A DNA stretch of 64,000 bases from Nemertoderma westbladi (Eukaryota > Animalia > Xenacoelomorpha), in the NCBI GenBank assembly GCA_032718475.1, contig JAUCBJ010007215.1, positions 1 to 64,000 of the forward strand. Reading direction: 5' to 3'. Under the pieces are notes generated by a model. It was not told where the DNA came from and made no database searches. It saw nothing but the letters and a program-made list of their open reading frames with translations. The position numbers were made by a program, and so were the translations under genes. Positions 50,301 to 60,847 of the stretch are shown here, piece after piece (the first letter of the stretch is position 1; every line of letters begins with the position of its first letter).

Positions 50301-53300
50301 TCGCTTAGTAGCAATTGTCAATAATTAACTTCTATTCCCATGGAAACTAGAGTTCTCTGGAACTGTTGCTTTAACCTTTGAAAAAAAATTCAGTACAGAT
50401 TGTGGTTCAGATAACACATATACTGAGTTTCAGAAAATACTAGAAAGGCATTTCCTAAAGGAAATGCAACCACGAAGCTAAGGAAAATTAAACACTCTTT
50501 GACTCATCAGTTCATTGATTTACCGAGTTAAAAGAACTCCCGGTATTGCCAAGGTAACTGGACTTTTCTAGAAATGCTGAGTTTTACATTACGATCTAGT
50601 TTGTGGTTCCAGGTGACACATCGACTTTAAGGAAGCTTCATTGAGTAGTTTATGTGCAAAATTAATTATTAATTTGTTAAAAAGTCTGTTTGCAGTGGTT
50701 GTCAAGGTAACTGGCAAATAGAAAAACGTAGATTGGATGCAGAATAAGTGATATTATGGTGGTAGGGGTTGGTCCCAAGTCATAATGCCTTTAACTTGTG
50801 TTTCTAATTATAATTTTTTAAATTATAACATCTGTTTAGCCTGGTTACCAAGGTAACTGGATTTTCTAATTAACCACAATTGGCTCCTCTAAGGACCTTC
50901 CTTATAGTTGAGTTGGGAAACCCAATATTTATATCTAATACAGTTTTCCTACAAACAAGAGTTAACAATATAGACTTGAATGATATTGACTTTAATAAGT
51001 TCCAGTTACCATGGTAACTAGATATTTCTGGACTGTTTTGAGTTTCACTAAAAGTTCCAACTAGTGGTCCAGATAACACATACCCAGTTTTGTAAAATTT
51101 TATCGTGAAGTCTATGTCCAAATGAGTAATTGTTGTATAAAAACATCTGTTTTCAGCGGTTGTCATGGTAACTGCAAAATAGAACAATCAAATTCGGACG
51201 CAGAATAAGTTATATAGTGGGGGTAGGGATTGGTCCCAAGTCATCACACCTTAACCTTAGGCTTCAAATTAACATTTTAAAAATTTTAACATCTGTTTAG
51301 CCCGGTTGCCTAGGTAACTGGATTTTCTATTTAACCTCAATCGGCTCTGCTATGGACCTTATAGTTGTGTTGAGAAACCCCAAGTTTACATGTATTATAG
51401 TTTTCCTACAAATAGAGTTACAAATATTGACTTGAAATACATAGACTTTTTTCTAAGTCCGTTGCCATGGAAACCAGATTTTTCCTGGATATGAGACCCA
51501 TCCCACACGACGCGCCTTGATGAGTTGTATATACATGCAAAATTTCAGGATACTTTTAAAGGCTAGATTTTTCTGGAGTCAAAAAACACTAAATCTGCCC
51601 CATACAAGTAAAACAGCCCACTATGAATAGACCATCTCAGCTAAGGAAAATCTTTCTTAGCGAAAGTAGTTGATTTTCCTTAGCTTCGTGGATTGTAGTT
51701 TATGTCCAGATTACCGATTTTCTATCAAATTGCATCTGTTTGCAGTGGTTGTCATGGAAACTGAAAAATAGAACAATGTAATTCGGATGCAGAATAAGTC
51801 ATATTGTGGGGGTAGGGGTTAGTCCCAAGTCATAATACTATTAACTTGTGCTTCAAATTATCATTTTATAAATTTTAACATCTGTTTAGACTTGTTGCTA
51901 TGGTAACTGTATTTTCTAATTAACCTCAAACGGCTTGGATATGGATCTTATAGATGAGTTGCAAAACCCCAAGTTTATATATATTACAGTTTTGCTACAA
52001 ATAGAGTTATCAATATAGATTTGAATGATATAGAGTTTAATAAACTACAGTTACCATGGTAACTAAATTTCTGGAATAATTTAAGTTTCACTAAAAGTTC
52101 CAACTCGTGGTCCAGATAACACATACCCAGTTTTGTAAAATTTTATCGTGAAGTCTATGTCCAAATGAATAAGTATTGAATAAAAACATCTGTTTTCAGC
52201 GGTTGTCATGGTAACTGAAAAATAGAACAATGTAATTCGGATGCAGAATAAGTTATATAGTGGGGGTAGGGGTTGGTCCCAAGTCATAACACCTTAACCT
52301 TAGGCTTCAAATTAACATTTTATAAATTTTAACATCTGTCTAGCCCGGTTGCCAAGGTAACTGGATTTTCTATTTAACCTCAATCGGCTCTGCTATGGAC
52401 CTTATAGTTGTGTTGAGAAACCCCAAGTTTATATCTATTATAGTTTTCCTACAAATAGAGTTTTAAATATTGACTTGAAATACATAGACTTTTTTCTAAG
52501 TCCGTTGCCATGGAAACCAGATTTTTCCTGGATATGAGACCCAGCCCAAAAGATGCGCCTCGACGAGTAGTATATACATGCAAAATTTCAGGGTACTTTT
52601 AAAGGCTAGTTTTTTCACCTATCAAAAAAAACCAAATCTGCCTCACACAAGTAAAATAGCCCACTATGAATAGACCATCTCAGCTAAGGAAAATCTTTCT
52701 TAGCGAAAGTAGTTGATTTTCCTTAGCTTCGTGGATAGACTTTAATAAACTCCAGTTACCATGGTAACAAGATATTTCTGGAATACTAGAAAGGCATTTC
52801 CTAAAGGAAATGCAACCACGAAGCTAAGGAAAATTAAACAAACGGCCACACTTTGGTTCGTTGCTTAGCCTCGTTTAGTAGCATTTGCCAATAATTAACT
52901 TATATTCCCATGGAAACTAGAGTTCTCTGGAACTGTTGGTTTTACCTTTGAAAAAAGATTCAGTAAAGATTGTGGTTCAGACAACACATACCAAGTTTCA
53001 GAAAATATTGTAGTTTATGTCCAAATTACCGATTTTCTATTAAAATGCAACTGTTTGCAGTGGTTGTCATGGAAACTGAAAAATAGAACAATGTAATTCG
53101 GATGCAGTCATATAATGGGGGTAGGTCTTGGTCCCAAGTCATAATACTATTAACTTGTGCTTCAATAATTATAATTTTATAAATTTTAACATCTGTTTAG
53201 TCTTGTTACTATGGTAACTGGATTGTGTAATTAACGTGGAACGGCTTGTATATGGATGGACCTTATAGATGTGTTGCAAAACCCCAAATTTATATATATT

Positions 53301-54847
53301 ACATTATTTTGCTACAAATAGAGTATTGAATTTAGACTTGAATGATATAGACTTTAATAAACTCCAGTCACCATGGTAACTAGATATTTCTGGAATGTTT
53401 TCAGTTTCACCAAAAGTCCCAACTAGTGGTCCAGATAACACATACCCAGTTTCATAAAATTTTATCATGAAGTCTATGTCCAAATGAGTAATTTTTGCAT
53501 AAAAACATCTGTTTTCAGCGGTTGTCATGGTAACTGCAAAATAGAACAATCAAATTCGGACGCAGAATAATTTATATAGTGGGGGTAGGGGTTGGTCCCA
53601 AGTAATAACACCTTAACCTTAGGCTTCAAATTAACATTTTATAAATTTTAACATCTGTTTAGCCTGGTTGCCAAGGTAACTGGATTTTCTATTTAACTTC
53701 AATCGGCTCTGCTATGGACCTTATAGTTGAGTTGAGAAACCCCAAGTTTATATCTATTATAGTTTTCCTACAAATAGAGTTATAAATATTGACTTGAAAT
53801 ACATAGACTTTTTTTGAAGTCCGTTGCCATGGAAACCAGATTTTTCCTGGATATGAGACCCGGCCCAAAAGATGCGCCTCGTCGAGTAGTATATACATGC
53901 AAAATTTCAGGGTACTTTTAAAGGCTAGTTTTTTCACCTATCAAAAAAAACCAAATCTGCCTCACACAAGTAAAATAGCCCACTATGAATAGACTATCTC
54001 AGCTAAGGAAAATCTTTCTTAGCGAAAGTAGTTGATTTTCCTTAGCTTCGTGGATTTTCAGTTTCACTAAAAGTTCCAACTAGTGTTCCAGGTAACACAT
54101 TCCCAGTTTCGTAAAATTTTATCGCGAAGTCTATGTCCAAATGAGTAATTTTTGTATAAAAACATCTGTTTTCAGCGGTTGTCATGGTAACTGCAAAATA
54201 GAACAATGAAATTCGGATGCAGAATAAGTTATATAGTGGGGGTAGGGGTTGGTCCCAAGACATAACACCTTAACCTTAGGCTTCAAATTAACATTTTATA
54301 AATTTTAACATCTGTTTAGCCCGGTTGCCAAGGTAACTGGATTTTCTATTTAACCTCAATCGGCTCAGCTATGGACCTTATAGTGGTGTTGAGAAACCCC
54401 AAGTTTATATCTATTATAGTTTTCCTACAAATGGAGTTATAAATATTGACTTGAAATACATGGGCTTTTTTCTAAGTCCGTTGCCATGGAAACCAGATTG
54501 TTCCTGGATATGAGACCCAGCCCAAAAGATGCGCGAGTAGTATATACATGCAAAATTTCAGGGTACTTTCAAAGGCTAGTTTTTTCCGGAATCAAAAAAC
54601 CCCAAATCTGCCCCATACAAGTAAAATAGCCCTCTATGAATACACCATCTCAGCTAAGGAAAATCTTTCTTAGCGAAAGTAGTTGATTTTCCTTAGCTTC
54701 GTGGACTAGAAAGGCATTTCCTAAAGGAAATGCAACCACGAAGCTAAGGAAAATTAAACAAACCGCCACACTTTGGTTCGTTGCTTAGCCTAGTTTAGTA
54801 GCATTTGCCAATAATTAACTAGAAAGGCATTTCCTTAAGGAAATGCA

Positions 54848-54960
54848 AAAGTCATGGGCTGTCCACCATGCTTATTCACTCCATGAGGCAGCCAAAGTAC
54901 AAGATTATGCACTGGCTGGTCCTCACGGCGAAAGCAATGTCCTGCAAAGCGGAGGCGATT
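54848..54960 (-). mobile_element. Inverted fragment of the RTE LINE family fused to a Helitron 3' hairpin
   Basis: Reverse complement of ~35499-35613 with several differences. Confidence 0.8.
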
Positions 54961-56112
54961 TTGTGGGGCGAGCCACGAAGTGAGTGAGCCTTAGCGTAGT
55001 GGTACCATTAATCAACCTGTCGTTCTGTCGTTCTGTCGTGTTCAATTTTAAACGTTAATAACTCGGCCAATCTTTGATGAAATCTATCCAAACTTGGTAC
55101 ACATGTTGTTTGGCAAAAGTTTAGAAATTTTCCAAGTAGAATTTCCGTGTGGCCTTCGAGAAGCTAAGATAATAGCAGTTAATTAGTTAATTAAGTTGAT
55201 TGCGGTGAAAACGCCATTTTCAACCTGCCTTTTAAAGGAAATTAATTGTTTTACAGTATAAGATTTAAATAATTATACTTAAAAATTATACAGATATAAT
55301 CCCCATACGCCATTCTATTATAGTTTTTAATTAGTTTAAGTGATTTGCTTTAATAAATGTGTCTTTAATTGATCTAAACGTAATTAAACCGCACAATTAT
55401 TGAGTACAAATTTAATCCTTCCCATTATTGGTCAAGTCTCTGCTGGTGTGGAGCTAGCTGCTGGGAGTTGTGGCTGTAGACTGAGAGGAATTGTAATAGA
55501 GGCAACCAGTATTGCTATTCCAGCCCAATCACTGAATTGTGTTTATTATAGGCTGGACGGGCCGCATAACCGTTCGACTATTACTACTATTGCTATCTCA
55601 GTTAAATGACAGATATAATAACATAAATACAATCCATGGCATGGCTGTTGTAGGCTTCTGAAATAGTTTATTCCACAATGTATATGTCTGGTTATTTTTT
55701 AATTGAATTTTTGCAAAGTAGTAAAATTAATGTTCTTAAAAATAATATTATTATTTTATATGTAACCTAGGAAATTAGCTACATTTTTTCGCTGCAGCTT
55801 TAAGAGTGTACATTGATTTAATATTATTTCAATACCCATATTACTACATCGGCATAAGATGCGTTGGCGTTGTATCACACATCTCCACATATCACACATC
55901 TCCACATAGATGTATCAACAGTTACTCGCACAGTTTCGAAACTTCGCATAGTTATAACTGTATAAAGATCGTCAGTCTGCGTTTAGGAAAAATATTTTAT
56001 GACAAAACAGGACAAGCGACGAGCGCAACGAGGCATATAATGAAGACGAGTACTGCGTTGACTAAATTATTATATAAACCACCTGGCTTCACATATTGAT
56101 CGCATCCCTAGT
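54961..56112 (+). mobile_element. Possible Helentron-associated (HINE/DINE-1-like) non-autonomous element
   Basis: (CTGTCGTT)n microsatellite near the start, ATAACTC..AAACTTGGTACACATG core, ends CTAGTT. Boundaries uncertain. Confidence 0.4.
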
Positions 56113-56182
56113 TATTATTATTATAAAGATCGTCCTAGCTTGCGTTTAAGAAATATATTTAAATACAAAACAGGACGAACGC

Positions 56183-57711
56183 TGTAAGGGTCCAGTAGTA
56201 TACCGCTTACCAGATCCTAGTAACGATGTATCTTACTATGAGACTCTAGTAATGTATACGGGCTTGTACAGTATCTGACAACAAATCCCAGTCCAGGATA
56301 TCTAAACAAACAGATATAGTACACAAACGACTACTGGCGAGGAACAGAGCCTTGTATCTATTCTATGTACGTGAGCGGGTCTAATGCTTACGTACTAGAC
56401 AGAAGGATACCTGTCCTCTAACCGGTGAGGCAGATGTACAGTTACAGTAACAGACCAAACTCACGGGAAAACAATCCCCGCGCAGCGAATCCTAACTATC
56501 ACTGACAGTCCTAAATACAGTAACTTGCCGCGGTGTGATTTATATGGTTTATATACGAGCTAGTGGGTTAACAGACCTAGCGTAACAATGCTGATCATCC
56601 CTGTCGAAATCAGCCTAAAGGTCGTGCCTAAATGTAACAATAACTGATCCCCCTGTACGAAATCAGTCTAAAGGGTCAGGCCTAAATGTAACAATACCGT
56701 TGTCCAGACAAACAACAGTTTAATAACGAAAGTGAAATACTCCTTATATTGCCGCAACTAAATCAGATCCTAATTTTACAAATACAGATAATTTCCACCT
56801 AAAGTAATGTATAGTACGCTATAGCTAGTAGAACTTTAAGGGCAATATGTTTTAGGGCGTGTGTGTGTGGGTGTGTTACAAATAAAACAATTTCGTGTAA
56901 TTCCTTTTACTAGGTTTTAGTGATTTTCTGACTAAAATGATACCGTGCGCTAGCTACTAAAATAAACTAGTCGCGTTTGTAGAACTTTATACTCACGAAT
57001 GACGTCAAAGCTCTCTCCTTCCTATCCACAACCCAATGGGCAACCACAGTGTTAGTAACTACACCCGTGATCGGCACTAATACCAGATTCTGGTTGTAAG
57101 ATAAGAATAGGGGTTAATCGCTACCGTACGTTAGCTGATCTGGTATACTAATTTATTTCTAGAACTTTGTTGCTGCGGTAGTTAGCAGCAATACCTATCA
57201 GTACGTGGCAAGGCGCGGTAGGATATTAATAAACCTCCCTAGGCCAAGCAGTGTGCCGGTAGCAGAAATGCTCCTTGCCTGATCAAATAGCTAACTCCAG
57301 ACAGGGGGGGGGGGGGGGTACTAATGTACGTTCTACAAAGCGAACCGGTACCAAACAGTCAGTGCTATGAATCACTAAATTATGGAACGTATGCTGTCCA
57401 TACCTAATGTGTACTCGCGTACTGACGAATGGCAATAGTTCGCACCTGTAGGAAGTACAGGTTAACCCAGGGGTTCGTAGGACTTGACAAAGGGGGGGGG
57501 GGGTTGTCTGGATATAATTATTTGATCCTAAATTTGCGGCGTCCAGTACGGTGTCACGCTTACCCTGATCTATAGGTCTTACGGCGGGCAAGGGCGTCGA
57601 ACAAAGTCTTACCTTCTCACAAAGCGGGCGCTGCATAGCAAGTGGAGTATTTCGAAGGGGGCAAAGGGGGTGCGCGGTCGATCCAATGTGGGCGCTAGCG
57701 TGTTGTGGACA
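56183..57711 (-). repeat. Putative 3' LTR of the BEL/Pao element (~1.5 kb)
   Basis: On the minus strand a PPT AGGGAAGGGA is followed by TGTCC...TTACA. The partner LTR is outside the window. Confidence 0.6.
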
Positions 57712-58235
57712 TCCCTTCCCTGCGTTGCTTACGGCCTAACGATCTAGGCTGCCATCTCCCTGGTGTTCGGCTGTCCCGAAGTCGGACCAAAAGAAAACAT
57801 GTCAGGAAATTGCAGTATATTTACAGTTTTACAAAAGGATTTATCAAATAAAGTTTCAACAAGAAACCGAATTAACTAATTTTACAAGAATAAACGATAT
57901 CAGGATGATAACAACAACATGATAACCGAAGGCAAACCGGCCTTTTATACTAGAAATTGCACATGGAAACTAAACAGAATTTTCCACAGCTTCACATTTG
58001 AGCAATGGAGTGCTTCGTGCCCTATGATTGGCCCAGCTCATCGTTCAACGCAGTCCGGCCCTTACACTAATCTGGGACATGGAATCCTAACAGAATTTTC
58101 CACTGCCTCACATTTGAGCAATAAGATAACTTATGCCCTATGATTGGCCTGGCTCATCATTCGCTACGCTGTACGCTTCTCATTGGCCTACCAATTAGCA
58201 CCACACGAAAATAAATGGCCCCAAAATACAAATTT

Positions 58236-58303
58236 CCCGACTGGGATTCGAACTCGTAACCTATGTAATGTAACCAACGCCTTAACCATCTGACCACTAC
58301 GCC
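58236..58303 (-). ncRNA. tRNA-derived Pol III promoter-like sequence inside the BEL/Pao 3' region
   Basis: A box TGGTCAGATGG and B box AGTTCGAATCC at tRNA-like spacing; the stems are imperfect. Confidence 0.45.
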
Positions 58304-60214
58304 ACGAGAGTATCTAAGGGTTTTATGTGTACAAATATGAATAGGCATATTACATTACTGTAACTTAATCAAAATACGTCGGATTTTCAAAAGTTTTTAC
58401 GTTAAAGTTAAACTACAAATGCTACCTTATAGTGAAATAATTCATCACCGCTCCATGAAAACAGTAAGTAAGACTGTTTTCACCAATCGAAATATAAAAT
58501 ATTTACAAACTATTTCTAAATTTACTGGTAGGGCCTAAAATATAAAATATAATCACTATCTAATTATTGCATACTTAATATTGCAGATACGGCGTAAATA
58601 CAATCGATCGTACATACAAATATAAATTTACGAATTAACTTTAGTGCCTAAATACAAAAAAAAGGCTTTCGGTTATCAAGGTAAGCAAATTAAACAAATA
58701 AATCAAGCAAATCAAACAAATAAATCAAACTCTTTCGATAAATCTTTATATATTGTAAATATACATAATAAACCTTCACCAAATTAAATCTGTCCAAATA
58801 TAATATAAACATAATGCGCTAATAACTTTCAATAGTGTCCTCCTGACGATCTGAAAAGTTCGTCCTACTGGTCTGGATGTCTTCTCCTGAGCACCAATTG
58901 CTAACGGTAGGCTCGCAAGCCTTCCTTTCCATATCTCGTCCTTCCAAACCCAACGTCCGATATAAATACCCAAATATAATATCCAAATATAAAATATCCA
59001 ATATAAATATCCAATATAACATCCAAATATAATATCTGAATATAATATCCTTTCTTCTCGCTTTCCTATTCCTTGGCCGACCGGGCTCGTCCACGTCCTC
59101 TAATACGATTGGGTGGTGGTCGAGGTCGAACTGGGCTCGGACTTCGGCGTCGAGTTGTCGGTGGTTCCAAAACGCTAGGAAAGGGGACGACGGGAGATGA
59201 AACGACCGCCTTCTTGGTAATGCAGACTTTGGTGGTTTGGGCAACGCGCTAATATCGGTTCGGGGTTCTCGCAAACGTCGCTGGCGTCGCATAACGCATC
59301 GTAGGTGTACAACGCTTTGAACTCCGCGCGTAACTCCTCCGCTCTTTTGTTATAAGCGTCCAATCGCTTTCGCGTGATGTTTGGATCCGCCTTGGATTTA
59401 GCGAGCTTGGCTGTACTCCTAGCCATACTCTCCACTCCAAACAGGTTAAAGTTTTGGCCCCATATCGGTTGAACGGCGCCTGGTGATCCTATTCCTGCGT
59501 GGATCCCTGATAATAGTGTTTCTACTAGAGGAAGCACAAACAGAGGTTAGATGTGAGGTGACTTAGAGTTTGTCGGCTTTTGGCTCAACTCTGCTCTAAA
59601 CCCCAACCCATTTGCCTAATGACTTCGGGTTCGCGTGATTTCGCACTGGCCCCTAATCCAAAATTGTGCCGATAAAAAACGAATTCCGGGTAAACTAGCC
59701 GCGAGTCTAAAATACTCACCTTTTAATTTCCCAAACTACGTTTCCCAAGAAAAATAATGCAGTCGAGAATTAATTGGTCAAAATAATAGTAGACACGACT
59801 ACGTAGAACAAGACCGATTTTCTTTTCCAAAAAAAATTTATCGGTAGGCTCGCAAGCCTTCCATCCGCTCTTGTCCTCCCCAATTTTAATTTTATCTAGC
59901 TGTATTCTAGAATTTGCTTTCACTGGAGAATCGTTTTTCTTAAATTTAAATCCAACTAAATGGATTTGTCTAATAATTTTTGAAAAATTGTCTCACTTGT
60001 GGGTTCCAAGTGGAATTCCATTCCTACTGTACACACAATCCCGCTCCTATGTGATACATAAGGGTACTACCCTCCATGTTCACGTATAAAGACAATGGAA
60101 TTCCACCGCTGTCTCTATCTACAGTGAAGAGGATTACAAATGCACGTACAGTAATACAAATACAAATAACTAAAATACAGTAGGTCTATGTGGCGGCCAA
60201 CAAAGGTCCCACAT

Positions 60215-60847
60215 CTATTTACTAATATTGGGTGGAGATTTGTAGTCTCCCGTCTCGTTTCTAGTCTCCTCAAGGAGTACGAGACGTTGTACAGGTCTGT
60301 CTACGGTACGTCCGTCGATAGTCCGTACAGTAACTGTCCTCACTACACCAGATGTAGGGTGCGTGGTCAAAATGACTCCAGTCAGCCAAAACCGTCTTTT
60401 CAGATTGGCTTCAGCCAATAAGACATGGTCACCACGTCTTAAACACCGGGTATTTAGATACCAAGAGGTTCTGGTCGAAATAGAGGGCAAATAATATTTC
60501 TGCCATATTTCCCAGAATTTATTTGCAAGCAATTGAGTGATTTTCCAAGCCTTGTTGCCGTATCCGTCACTATCAACGGGTACCGAAATGGGCAACAGTG
60601 TCGTCGGCGCCTGCATAAGCAGGTGCGCTGGTGTCAAGGCAAACTGTACGTCGTTATTGTCTGGGATCAAAGCGATCGGTCTGGTATTTAAGATTGCTTC
60701 GATTTCTATTAGTAACGTCGTCAGTTGGTCGTCTGTCAAGATGTGTTGCGTCGGTACGACTTTAGCCATAGCTGTCTTTATTGAGCCAATCAGCCTTTCC
60801 CAAACGCCGCCTCTCCACGGACTGTCTGTGGAGTATTGAAAAACCAA
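60215..60847 (-). CDS. BEL/Pao integrase C-terminal part (DUF5641-like tail), frameshifted from the upstream ORF
   Basis: SPWRGGVWERLIGSIK, EIEAILNTRPI, LTPAHLL, FWEIWQKYYL, GVVRTVTVRT..RPVQRLVLL. Confidence 0.9.
   Translation of the reverse strand: MVFQYSTDSPWRGGVWERLIGSIKTAMAKVVPTQHILTDDQLTTLLIEIEAILNTRPIALIPDNNDVQFALTPAHLLMQAPTTLLPISVPVDSDGYGNKAWKITQLLANKFWEIWQKYYLPSISTRTSWYLNTRCLRRGDHVLLAEANLKRRFWLTGVILTTHPTSGVVRTVTVRTIDGRTVDRPVQRLVLLEETRNETGDYKSPPNISK

Larger units (their letters stand above)
36082..54847 (-). mobile_element. Nested cluster of ~14 full or partial copies of a ~1.27-kb non-autonomous Helitron-like element
   Basis: On the minus strand each copy starts TCCACGAAGC and ends hairpin (GCATTTCC-TTTA-GGAAATGC)-CTTT-CTAG (variants CTCG, CTTG), mostly inserted at A|T with no duplication. 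Copies: A 36082-38206, B 38209-54705 (split), C 41485-42760, D 42816-44082, E 44083-45350, F 45408-46675, G' 46676-47751, H 47871-49138, I 49178-50122, J 50216-52735 (contains K 50440-51692), L 52786-54054, M 54706-54818, N 54819-54847. Confidence 0.88.

Noticed and set aside
41649-54263. Recurrent short ORFs (MYILLDEAHLLGRVSYPGK..., MTWDQPLPPLYNLF...) as a gene family
   Set aside because: They are by-products of the repeated non-coding element, vary in length and stops between copies, and lack Rep or helicase motifs.
36082-54847. Simple tandem satellite or segmental duplication
   Set aside because: Junctions fall at element termini and at A|T sites, and the interrupted host sequence resumes exactly after each insert.
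39747-58303. The two tRNA-like segments (39747-39819 and 58236-58303) as functional tRNA genes
   Set aside because: The anticodon and acceptor or T stems do not pair properly and both lie inside repeats; kept only as tRNA-derived sequences.
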